NCBI RefSeq assembly: GCF_040938485.1
Contig: NW_027270939.1
Location: 434,001 to 498,000 of the forward strand
Source: Diadema antillarum
Taxonomy: Eukaryota
Direction: 5' to 3'
Length of the DNA stretch: 64,000 nucleotides
This document shows, in pieces, positions 12,668-25,700 of the stretch; position 1 is the first letter of the stretch; each line of letters opens with the position of its first letter. The position numbers and the translations under genes are program-made. The notes below the pieces were generated by a model. The model had not been told where the DNA came from, did no database searches, and saw only the letters and a program-made list of their open reading frames with translations.

Positions 12668-14951
12668 TATCGGTGGGAGCTTTGTGTTGAAGTGGACCAG
12701 GCAAACAACACGTTATCAAGGGTGCAAATCCTGTCTGGTGCATCTGCATCCATGGGACAGGATTTTTGCCTAGAATGTCCCTCTTCACCCAGGTGTATAA
12801 ATAAATGTGTACTTGGCATTGCAGAGGTAAATTGTAAGAACAATAATAATCATGGCAGGGCCCTCTGGAAGAAGAGAGTTGACACTATTATAAGGGGGTA
12901 CCCCTGGGCAACTGAAGGTATTGCATCATATTAACTGAAATTTGGTCGATCCTTGATGGGTCATGTAAAGTTTGACAGCACCTTTGATTATAACCAGCCT
13001 TCCTCTCTCCAGAATTTAGTTGAAGCAGAGTAATTCAATAGTCAATCCTCTCCTCCCCCCCCCCCAAAAAAAAAAAAAATGAATAGAAGAAAGAAAGAAA
13101 GGAAGAACTTGGGTGACAATATTAGCACATAAAAAGTGATCAGTGCCATCCTATGTGCCTGCGGCATGTAACTGTACTGGTTTGTAAAACCACTGATGGT
13201 GAAAACTACTTGTACTTAGAGTTATATTGTGCTTGTTGTTGTTTTTTCCAACCCAGTTTTTTAGAATATTTTGAAGAAGGCATTAACCCCATGCGTGTAA
13301 CCATGGACTTATACCAACCGCACAAAAGTTGTTCCCTCTTTCTGTGGAAGAACAAAGCTGTGAAAGTGGAAAATGTTCAGGGTCATCAAGGGACCAGCCA
13401 ATGTTTATCGGCGTAGTAGCTGCCAGTACATTTGATACTGAAGGTCGCAAGCTTCAGTCAATCGGGGTGCTCCTGTTTTGCCAACACATAATCAGGGAAG
13501 TGGAGTATAATTTGCATGCAAAGATACGTTAGCTTTATCCTCGGTAGATTATATTCCCTTGGCAAGTACCAAGAATGTACAGTGTATGTAGTTTATTAGT
13601 AGATTATTTATTTAGCCGTATTGCTTATGCCGTTATAGAACAACCACAGGGCTCGTAAGAAACGAGAGTGACCACAAACCGTGGACTCGTCTTAAAAGTT
13701 GCATACCTTGCTCATGAATACTTGTCAAAAACTGCACAATTCTGAAGTCCCTCAAAACTTCATTGCAGGAACTAGTGGACAGCATACTGAACAAATATTT
13801 CTACAAGCACTGTACTCGTGCACACAAGTATCTGAGAGCAGTCCTATTTTACTGGCAGATTGCATATTCATTTATCATCATCATTATTAATGGTAAGCAT
13901 GGCCATTATCATTTCCTTCAGATATGTTTTGTAGTCAATCTCAAGATATTTTATGAATGCACATGATATTTTGTTCAGTGTAAATCAATGTGAAATCCTA
14001 CTGACGTGGCTAACACTCCATAAATAAATATGTTTTGTTGTCCAGCCACATATGGAGCTCCAATGTGCTTTATTTTCTCTGTCTGACTGCTCACCTATGT
14101 TTGTATCTGTCTCTGATTGTGTGTTTACATGGATACATGTGTGTGCGTATGTCTTTGTTTTGAATGTCCTGGATGTATACTTCAATGACATGTGAACCTA
14201 TAATTGGCAAGACCTTTGTTTTTTGTGTCCATGCTTCGTGGCTCACAGATAAAATAAATTGGTTGGGGTGATCTAACGCTGATGACAATCCTTTGGTTGA
14301 TCCCACCTTCGACACTCGAATTTCATTTGAAGTTTGATGATGCACACAAAATGATTGGTCCAAATCAATCTACAGACATTACAATCTGTTAAATGAATCT
14401 CTACTGCTGGTTTCAAATCATTACTCATGCAGGAAGGAATAACTAACAAATTTTAACTGACAAATAAACCCAGGGAGTATAGGACATGCAAGTATTTAGG
14501 TATAAGGTGCTGGTAGGATGTCCAAAATGGTTGATGACTGCACAAATTACCTCATGTCGTATCTCAGTTCCATTTGTTGGTTGAGGATGAACTGATTTTG
14601 CTCTACACGCATTTCCAATAGATACCTGCCTGATTATACTAGGGCTAGTCTTCAATGGGTTCACTGCAGCACTTCTTTGTGGGAACGATAGACCAGTGTA
14701 ACAGTTGTACATCATGCATAACTTTACAGCAAAGGCTATTGCTGATATAAAGAAGCTTATCTGAAGCTCCTGATACAGCAACATGTAATGACTTCCAACC
14801 AGATTTTGAGTATGTATTGAATTGTATTCTATAGGAACATGTACATGTAATTGAATGGGTATCTCCAAGGTCCTTTTGAAAAAACTTCCATACATGTGAA
14901 CAACATCGCAGCACTAGTTTATTGTATGTGTATACTTTTGACGAGTAGTTG

Positions 14952-15208
14952 CAATTGAAGAGTTTGTTTGCAAAAACCGATAAGTCCATATTTGCCAAAT
15001 GGAGATATTTGCGATTAAAGGTCAAGAAAAATAAAGAGAATAATAAGAAATTTTTTGCTTCTTTTGACCATAACTTTAAAAATATACCTTTATATGAAGT
15101 GATCAATATATCATTTAAAAGGTATTATTTTGTACTTTATGACAAAGATCGTACTTCAAAATCTTCAAAAATGGACTTATCGGTTTTTGCAAACAAACCC
15201 TTCAATTG
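14952..15208. mobile_element. MITE with about 38-bp TIR
   Basis: CAATTGAAGAGTTTGTTTGCAAAAACCGATAAGTCCAT and its reverse complement at the other end. Confidence 0.65.
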
Positions 15209-16099
15209 TAGAATCATCCTCAAAATATCTGTGTATTTGCCTAAATCTGCCTACTGTCTCCACTATTTTATGACACAAATGCAATTGCATTGATTTCTTT
15301 ATTCCACATTTTGGTTTCCACAGTGCATATTACAGCAAATTACAATTTACATGGTACGAGCTGACAAGACCAAAAAGCCATTAGAAAAAATATCTTCTAC
15401 GCTTTAGGAGATATATCCTGTGAGCATATGCACACACACAAAAAGAAGTAAAAAGATACTGTATGAGCTTTGGGACATACATGTATTAGCAATAAGAGTA
15501 TGGCCACCTGCAAGATGTACTGTACACCTATATATTTTGTGAGGTTTTTATTTTTGAGAATTTTGCAAAAATATCAACTCTGATTCGGACATATGCAACA
15601 TGCACACATACATTTCTCTGTTCATTGCCGTACTCCATGATCGTGAATTTAACCACTTGTGAAATTGTTGGGAAGTCCCGATTCGCAAAAAAGCAGACTC
15701 ACTAAATATACGGTGGAGTATGCAGTACATCATCAGTGAGAATGTCAGTGTATCAACAACCTACCAATCAAGAACGACTGATAGCATTACAAAAACAAAC
15801 AAAAAAATCATATCTTGCTTGATTCTTTGGACGCTTCAATTCATGAAAAATATAAATGAGCATCTAATATTGTACATAAAATACTTGCATTTGCCTGTAT
15901 CTCAATTGAATCATACTCTACAGCCTTTGTTCACAAAGAGTGCATGACAAATGCCACTTGAAAATAATGTTACCATGGCAACAGCTGTCTGATGACCAGG
16001 AAGTGTCTGCACAGTCACTGCTGGATGAGAAGACTACTACAATGTATGATGTCACATGCGTACAACAATATAAGGAAAATATAAAGAGAATTTCACATA

Positions 16100-17034
16100 C
16101 AGTAAACCTCGCATGAGTCGAAGCTCTCGGGACTGAGAAAAATGCGTCGACTTAAGTGAACTTCGACTCTCGCGAGAGTCGATTTTTTTTCGACTCACAG
16201 TTTAGTACATGTATTATAGTACATTTGCATGCATGCGTGTGTGTGTGTGTGTGTGTGTGTGCGTGCGGGTGTGTGTTTGCATTCAAATTTGTCTGTTCTT
16301 GAAGATAATGTTCTTATTTTGTTCTAAATTGAACATGGAATTTGTATCAATACTAGTAGTTAAACGTAGTTCTGAGAATGTCTGCGCTAATGTGGTAATG
16401 TGCATGTGCTATGTCTATGCAATGGTGCAACATAGGTAGCCGTCTCTGTCAATCTACCCTGAGACAAACACTCTCCCAGGCCCATCCCACCTCCATTGAA
16501 CAGCCGGGGCACGCACAAACTAGCTCCGCCCACTTGGCCTGTCACTAGAATATTAAAGCAGCGATTGGTTGACCAAGGAGTTCTGGCTTGACATGGATAA
16601 AGTATGGATGTGCTGTGTGTATGGATAAAGTATGGATCGATGTGCTGTGTGTATACATGTCAAAGAGATTATCTCTTTGATACATGTATACATGTGTATG
16701 TATTCGACATGCGTGCGGAGCGGTACGGTGAGTGTGCATGCTTACCTGCAGCAGGTCAGGGACGGAGTTTGCGACATGCCGATTTTTTTTTGTTCTCCTC
16801 TTAAAATGAGAATGCCAGTCAAATCTTCTTCGGCTCAAGTGATGTAAACTACGTGTATTTTGTACAAAAGGGACTGAATGTTTTACTTCGACACAGCCGA
16901 AATTCGACTCTCGTACTTCGGCTTATCCAAATATTTCTTAGAGAAAATACATAGGGAAAAATCAGGACTTTTCATTTTGCTTCGAGTTAAGTGATTTTCG
17001 ACTCACTCGACGTCGACTTATCCGAGGTTTACTG
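16100..17034. mobile_element. Tc1/pogo-like non-autonomous element
   Basis: TA|CAGTAAACCTCG ... CGAGGTTTACTG|TA; contains a (GT)n tract. Confidence 0.65.
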
Positions 17035-18601
17035 TATTTTTATTTTTCGAAAAAAGAGCACATTTCCTCGACTTGTCACTGAAGTATGTTAAAGGTAGGG
17101 GATACCTTTTACAGACCTCCCAAAATGCAGCAAAACATTAAATATGAACCTCAGGGGACTTGCTTAGGCCACTGCTTAGAAATTTGGAAGTCAACAGTTA
17201 TCTAAAATTTGAATGATGCACAAAACTCAACTACTCAGTAGTTCTGTGTGTCAGCCACACTTAAGCCTTTTTGTTACAGTCTTCTGTATTTGTTATCTAT
17301 AAACACAAATCTAAAAGTACAAGAGCTGATGTAATAACATATAGAGTGTGTGGCAAGAATGTATATAGAACTGTTTGTAAGTGTTGATGAACTTTCTCCA
17401 CAAAATATACATGATGGACACACATGCGGTGCATGGGTCTGCAAAGGTAGCCTAGTAATGTACTGGAATTTACGGTGAGCCACGAAAAAAATTCAATTCA
17501 AAATCTAACGGTCAAAAAAATGTACTAAATGTTACCTTCCACTTTCAATACTTTAAGGGAGTTTCTAAAATGATACTCTCTTCAACATACCACTGTATTT
17601 ATACAACTCTTCATTTAAGGCATGCAAATGGGATTCCCTACCTTTAAGGGTAATATTATTCCCCCTGCCTTCTGAAAGAGCCAAGTCAAGCGTTCTTTTA
17701 TTATGCGAGAAAAGTGAAAATATGTTGAATTTTTTAATGTTTTCTTTGTATGGTTGAACACATGTGACATCACAAGCCGTAGTAGTCTTCTCATCCAGCA
17801 ATGACTGAGCAGAAACTTTAAAAATTCATAACTTTTGAACGGGTTGTCCAATTTTCCTCAAACTCTCACTGATGTGTTCTACTAATATTGCTGCATGCAC
17901 TCAATCCACATGTATATGAAGGTGAACTTGTCCTTTAACTGCAGACTGCATCACTTACAAGATTATACAAGAACTTATTGTCTGTTAACAATTTTGGTTT
18001 GTCTTGAGCGAGGGCAGAATGCAAGATGTGGCAACTCTGGTAGAAAGAACGGTAACCTGGTCAGTATACTGACTGATGGACCGCATCCTGCAGACTGTGG
18101 CTGTGATACACAGAAACATTGCACACAGGATACAAATTAGATCGCTGCTAGTCAAACAAGAGCCCCATCTGAGGCAAGCTATTTGTACTTCAAAAATCTT
18201 GAAATCATGGGACCCCAGGACCCCCGACCCCCACCCTCCTCGGGGCACCACATTTGTACATATGATGATTTCCCTTCCCCTGAGATGATTGCCAAGGTTG
18301 GTCAAAACCAGCCACAAGATGTGAAGATTGGAGCCATTTGGCTTGGTGAGTGAAAAACCTTAAACACAAAGGAGCGATGGTCTACCACAAAATCATTTTT
18401 CACCGTGAAGAGTTTGATGCGGCTGCACGGAGCAGGCAACTGCTGTAGAAAGATGGTCACTAAAAAGATATGTTTGTCTGTAAATGAAAACAATAAGATG
18501 ACGTCATCATTTGAAAATATAGACAAACATTAGAGTCCAATGACGATCATTAATGAGACATTCAGGATGAGAAAAGGAGATGGGGGCATCATGTCTCATC
18601 T

Positions 18602-18997
18602 TCAGCTGGGTGTAGCTTGACTGTTACTGGCTGTCGAACTCTCTTTATCCCCGTCCGTACCATCTCCTTCCAGTGACTGACTCCCCCTCCTCTCACTAGA
18701 GGAATCTGCTGCGGTATCACTGCTTTGAACTTCCTGTTCAACTGCCCCTGCCTCAGCGGGCACACTGGGTGACAGAACAGTGGTGCTTGAGGAGGAATTA
18801 ATCGTGCTTACAGGAGTCTTTTCCACATTTTGGCACGTTCCAGTGTCACTGGTGCTGCCACCATCTGCTGTTTGTGGGGTGACGGTGGGCAATTCTAGAC
18901 CTGCAACTGTCCGACTAGTCAGGAGAGCCTGCTTGTTGTCTGTGCTGGGGTTGGTTTGCGGAGTTTCACCACTCGATGAGGACACTGCCGATTCCGC
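18602..18997 (-). CDS. PUS1: PUS1 exon 11 (Ser/Thr/Glu-rich tail, stop codon)
   Basis: tag|GCGGAATCG acceptor in phase 0 with exon 10; open to TGA at 18602. Confidence 0.75.
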   Translation of the reverse strand, partial: AESAVSSSSGETPQTNPSTDNKQALLTSRTVAGLELPTVTPQTADGGSTSDTGTCQNVEKTPVSTINSSSSTTVLSPSVPAEAGAVEQEVQSSDTAADSSSERRGSQSLEGDGTDGDKESSTASNSQATPS

Positions 18998-19737
18998 CTA
19001 TCACAAATTATGATAAGTTCAAACCCATTACAACTGTCACTTTTAAAAAACAATACGCTAAGCTATTTTTAAAATTCCGGCAACTGCAGTATATAAAATC
19101 ACACCACTTTGTTCTGGCTGATATAACAACATCATAATGCTGGTTTACAAATTATTCAAAGCTTTAAGTACCCCTAGCTATGAAGACAAACACAATGGAT
19201 GTCTTGGCGCTGTGGTTACCTGATCAATTAACTAATAATATTCAGTGGGATTCAAAATAAAAATGAAATACCCGCAGAAATTGATGGTCCTTAAGAGAAA
19301 AAAAGATTTTGATGTACATGAATTGCACAATGTATATAAGACAGAACAGTATACATGCAGGGGAACATTGTTATTACAAGAACCTTAATACCATTACAAT
19401 TATCCTGTTATATAAGGTTTCTCAATATATCAGGGTACCGTGGTACGAAAAACAAAGAAATAAAAAGAGCTGGGATCTGCAAAATCACATCGCTATGAAA
19501 TAATTTTGTTATATCAAGCCTCTTTTCAATGAGGTTCTACTATTTGATAGTTTGAGATTATGTCAAGCTACTCACTGCTTCTCTTGCTTTCTTCATCTCC
19601 ATGTGGGCCTGGCGGAGAGCACTGTGTGTGCCGACTACATCATAGCTGTGGAGAGGAAGGGTGCTTAGCCACTGGAACATACTGAGAGATTTCACACAGT
19701 AAAGGAAGTTTTCTCTTTTTTTCCTTTGTCATGGCTT

Positions 19738-19799
<62 letters not shown>

Positions 19800-22700
19800 A
19801 TTTTTTTGAGTGAAGGTATTCCAGGAATGTATCATTATGGAGGATGTAAGCAAACAAGATGGTAAAATGAGAGCCCCATGTTGGCCACAGTTCCAAACTA
19901 CTTGTACCCATAACTTCTACTAAACTGTAGGCAAACTAAACATCGGAACAGCCAAAAATTGTCTTTGGAAAACAGAAAAGCTACCCACTGTTGGAATGTG
20001 TATAATAACATTACTGTTTAGGAGTACCGCGATCACCTTATATTTCATGAGCACAGTATTTTGCAAATTGAACTTATAAGACAATTTTGTGAGTGGTTGG
20101 ATTTGAGATCGGGCACCACAGGGACAGAATGAGGATTAAGTATTATCCCTTTGAAAAGAAAATCTATGTACTTTACCACCTTGGAGATAACATACATAGC
20201 AATTCTCATACCACAGGCAATATTTTTTTTTTTTTTAAGTCTTTATTTCATGAATGTTGGCAAGCTCGCAAAATTTGTCAGAACAAAATACCACAAAATA
20301 CACAGCATATCAAAGGATACGATTTGTTGTACTTCTCCCTCACAATGATGTTGGGATATATATGCTTGTGCTTGAATTCTTCAATGGCATTCTGCAGTGA
20401 AAAAAAAGAAAAGAAAAGAATATCCACGTAATTTTGGTCAGCTAAAAAGAAATGACACATACAGTTGAACAAAGACCTCCAGATTATTTTCAGATTTTTA
20501 CATTTGAACAAGTATGAATTAGTTATACTGAGGACAGAGTTTCAGAATTTATGATAATTGGGATGAAGAATAAGAATACTTTTGAAATTTATAAGAAATT
20601 GCAATGAACGAGGATGATGACATGGCAGGGTCACCATAAAATGCATGAGTTGGGGCTCATGGAAGCAGCACAAAAGAAGAAGGCATGCACAGATTATACA
20701 CAGGTGAACTTGCAAGCAAGTGGTATTGTAATGGAATTAAACTGCTACATTTCTAAAATTTGTGAGCCTACTATGTCCTCATCCTTGTTCAGTGTAATTT
20801 AAGGTTTTTCAAAATATAGTTTCTCTGCTCAAGAACCACTACAATAAATTCCACAAATCTATACATGGAGCTGTTGATATATGTACTACATGATGTGAAA
20901 TTATGAAAATCATCTGGAATGCCCCTTTAACATCAGTTGTCTCTATATATGGAGTCAGAGTTAAATGAATATGTTTTGGCAGTTTGTGGCATTCAGCAGA
21001 CTCGTCCCACTCTTTATGTACTAGATATCATCACATCTGGGCTGCATGACAACGGATAATTCTTTATAATGCCAGTCTGCTACAAATACTTTCAATTCTT
21101 GCTCATTAGGACTCTTAAGGAGTCATGTTATATGTAGAAGCCACTTAGCTGTATGGCCTTGAAAGGCAGGACCTCTATCTTAAAAAGATGCCAGATCGGT
21201 TGCATATCACTCTGCTTTGAGCGCGTAAAAAGGATACAAAATTTGTAAACATTTCATGAATGTGACATGACAAACATAAATTTTGTTAGGAATTCACTCC
21301 AAAACTAACATTACTCTCCCTTTGGATCCCATACATCATAAAGGCATTACATCTAAGCACCTATTCTTGTTGCATAAGGCTGCGTTCACATAGAAGTATA
21401 CTATTCGGGTACTCGGGGCTCGTTTTCGAGGGCTCCCGAATAGCTTGAATCAAACGATAGGATTTCCTAACACCGGTTCACATAAGAGGGCACTATTCGA
21501 AAATACCAAATAGCTGCGAATAGTATAGCATAGTGGGAATCACGCTTGTTCGATTTTCGAGCAGCGTATACCATCTTTCGTTTATGAAATGATGAAAATT
21601 TTGGTCTGGATTTGCCCTTTAGCAAAAATAGGCATGTAGACTGACATTCTGGTGCAGTTTAGAAATTGTTATTGCTGGGATGATTGTGTAGGAGGAAGAG
21701 GTAGGGAGTTGATGGTGCGGGTGATGGTGTACTGGGTCGACTTGACGGCGCATAGCGAATAGCGAATAGCGTATACCGTATACTTCTATGTGAACGCAGC
21801 CTAAAGCAGACATCAACAAAATAGCAGTATTCAACGCAATATAGTAAATTGCAACAGAAGACACACAAGTACATAATAAATATTATGTAATAGTATTTGT
21901 GTGTGTGTGTTATATTGGATACATGCTTACATTTGACATATTTGTCTCAACATTTTGGGACTTACTCTGCATTCATCAAAGGTCAAAGGTTCATGGAGAC
22001 CGTCATTGCCCCAGCGTTTGTTGTAGCAGTCATAGTGGACCTTTGGAAGACAGTTAAGATGTCAGAGAAAAATGTTAGTGACACAGGTCTTAGTAACTTC
22101 TCTCTCTCTCTTTCTCTACCTAAAAAGTAGCATTTATAACATGATAATTATAATTCCATGTTCTGAAAAGATTCATCAATATATCTGAAAAGTGATGCAG
22201 AAAGGGAAATCAAGATTTCTTTCTTGATTTCTGATGATTTGAAATTCCTCAAACACAAATACTCAGAAACACACTGTGCATTGCCTATAACAGGCAAATA
22301 TGATTCATGACTATAATATCATGCACCTTGTTACAGGGCAGTTGTGAGGTGTGGGTGTAAACTTGTTCATGTACTGAAAGAATTTGAAATACTTTGCTTC
22401 TCTCTGCAGAGATTGAGAGATTGAGTACTGGGAAGAAGAAATGAAACCATAAAATTACAGTCTACTTTAAAGTATACCCACACAGATAGACAAAAACAAA
22501 CTCAAAGTTTCCACACAAAGAAGGGTTCATTTCATTGTACACGTTTTGTGCAGTTATATCTGAGAAAAATGCACAATACTCTTTTTTTACTTGCGTACAT
22601 GCACAACCAAAAGTACAAAGTGAGATAATGAGAGAGACAGGTGGATGCATGTAGTAACAGAACAGAAACAATAATTTTAAAAGCTGTCATTCACCTTGGT

Positions 22701-25700
22701 TTTTCTTTTATGATGAACAATTGCTATTGGTTTTTGGCATTTATGGCCAGACTATACGAGGGCACCGTGAATTCAAAAAACTTCTTCATTATGGACAGCT
22801 GGCCCTGAGGGAACATTACTTACCGACTCAAGGACCAGTCCTAAACCAGGTGCACGAGGAATGTCCAGTTTCTCCTCACCAAATGCCCTCTCAATGATGG
22901 AGGGGGGAGCCAGGCCCCTTACTACAGCTACCACAAGACCTGAGACCACAAGAATGAAACAACAATGTGTGTTTAGGTACACATCTGTATCAATTTAGAT
23001 ATATCTATCCATCTGTCTGTCTGTCTCGCTATCAATCTATTATCTACAATGTATCTGTCAGTCTGCATGTCTATCCATCTGTCTGTCTATCTGTCAATCT
23101 ATCTATGATCTATCTATTTATCAAACTATTTGTCTGTCTGTATAATCTTGTGTATGAGCAATTAGTAATAATGGTCTTCACTGGAGATGTGGGGGGGGGG
23201 GGGAAACAGCATTATGATAATCTTTCTCTGAAAATAAATTTCACAAAGTCTCTTTGCTAGAAAAAACAAACAAACATATATATGTATAATATCTTCATGA
23301 TAAGAATGATGGGCTTGTATGCCATGCAATTACAGCAACATACACTTTCCAAACATGATCTTTATGCAATTGGTTTCAATAACTTGATTACAGGAGGATG
23401 CATCTCAGATGGAAAGTTATCTTGTTTGAAAGCAGTGCCTTTGCATCCCGAGACTCACCAATCATTTTGCGGATCTGATGGAGCATGAAGCTTTGACCCT
23501 TGACCTTGATGATGGCGAACTCGATTCCGTCATCGACAAAGCCTTTCTCGCAGTAGAACTCTTTCATGTACCTATTGGCACTGGGATCGTTAAACAGCCT
23601 GGAGATGTGGGGGAGAATACGGGCATTATAATAATCTTTCCCCAGAAGGAAAATAAATATCACAGATTCTCTGTGCTAAAACATGAATGAACTCTAATAC
23701 CTGTATTGAATTCAGTGTTAGAATCACAAATATGTGTATAAAGTATCAACAGAAAAGAAGTGTTAAAGGGCGATGTGGTATGATGGCCTGGACTGAAATC
23801 TACCCAATAAATGTAATATGATTAATTATTCCTGTTCAGTCAAATGCTTGCTCATACAAGGAGAAACACTTTCCACATGAATGTCCCCAGTAAAAAAAGT
23901 CAATAATTTGTGGACATGACAACTGAATTGTTTTGGTTTTGCATTTCAGTCCCATTTGCAAGACAAGTTACAGTATTCCATAACAATAATAAAAGAAAAA
24001 GATGGGGTTCAGCACAGTTTGTAAGCTAGTTGAGAGTTGAAGATTTAATTAACTTCTGTTTTACTCCATCCTCTTTAACAGCAGAAACATACAAGGGTCT
24101 GGCTATGGGTCAGTCAAACTCTTGATAATTCTATAATCTGGAGTCAAAAGGGGCCAAGTTTTCGATCCTAGCAGAATCTTCGTCAGTGGCAAAATGACAA
24201 ACAGGCAGGGAAAGCAATCACATATAAGGACTACACACAACAAGAACAGTCAGGAGAGGGCTAGGGACACAGAACAAAGGAAACAAAAGTGAAGGGTTGG
24301 AAATCATGGGCAAAGAGCCCAACAAGTAAAAAAGAAAGGGGGATTAAAGCAGGAGGGTGGACAGACAAGAGGTAGAGGAGGGTCAGTGATGATCCCGAGG
24401 ATCAAGGGGGCAACCTGTGAAGGATAAGGATGAATACTTAACCTGTTGGGCTCTTTGCCCTTGACTTCCAACCTTTCCCTTTTGTTTTCTTTGTCCTGTG
24501 TCCCTAGCCCTTCCCTGACTGTTCTTGTTGTGTGTAGTCCTTATATGTGATTGCTTTCCCTGCCTGTTTGTCATTTTGCCTCTGACAAAGATTCTGCTAG
24601 GATCAAAAGCTCAGGCCCCTTTTGACTCCATTTTACTCCATTAGCTCGCCACTATTGGATAAGCAGTTTTCAGCAGCTTTTTTTTGTTGCTACATTTAAT
24701 TGATAGATTAAACGAGAACTTACCTGTTTGTAGTTTGATCTCAATTATATGAGTAATATTACGGAAGGGATTACGTTGACAAGAGAGACCCGCTGACGCA
24801 TGCGCAGATTCCCCAATATTCGTAGAAAACCGGTCATGGCTAACGAAAACATAGATCAACGAGAACTTTCCACTGTAGTTTGAATACACAGGGAGGGAAG
24901 GGAGGGACGTAATCCCTTCCGTAATATTACTCATATAATTGAGATCAAACTACAAACAGGTAAGTTCTCGTTTAATCTATCAATTATACTTCGTAATTCC
25001 GTCAGGGATTACGTTGACAAGAGATTTTAAAGCCGTTAGCCATGAACGGCCTATGTAAATTAATGGCTTATCTATGCAGTAGGTATTTACCTGCATTAAA
25101 TGGCCCTGTAGTCAATGTGGGGCTGGCTGCCATTAATTCTGGTGGTACAGCTGTGGATTGCTTTTGCTCAGGATCACAGCTGCAGCATAACTTCTCCTCG
25201 TTTCCAGTGGTTTGTTGTAGAAATTTCTAAATGTCCTTTCTCCAGCCCAGCCTGCTTGTGCCAGAATTTGACTGATGGGCAAATCCGCACACCTTGCGGC
25301 TGATGTCGTAGCTGCTCGGGTAGAGTGGGCTGCGTAAACCTGAGTATTTATCCCTGCAGCTGAAAGCGTGCTCTTGATCCACCTGGCTATGGTTTGTGAT
25401 GTCACGCGATGATGAGGCTTCTTGAAGCTAATGAACAGGTAGCGCTCCTTGCCTCGTAATGTGCTTGTTCGCTTGATGTAGTGCTGCAGATAGTTCACCA
25501 CACACAGTCGTCTGTCTGGTGGGAAGGCCCTCATCGACAAATTGAGGTTAGCGTTTCCTGGCCTGCTGTGCTTTAAGAGGTCCTTGAAAACAAATTGCGC
25601 AAAGCTGGTTTTTAGCTGCATGTGGTCGAGGTGAAGATTGTGCAGCGACTGTACTCTCTGCGCAGAAACTAAGGCCATTAATGTGCACAGTTTCCAGGTC

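Noticed and set aside
13153-13532. Overlapping ORFs after a pyrimidine tract, possible exon of an unknown gene
   Set aside because: No recognisable protein similarity or partner exons
24330-24437. Possible hammerhead ribozyme in the hairpin loop (GTGATGA plus a small stem)
   Set aside because: Lacks the CUGAUGA core and the GAAA element on either strand
24139-24694. TG...CA boundaries suggesting a solo LTR
   Set aside because: No 4-6 bp TSD at those boundaries; the 15-bp duplication defines different ends
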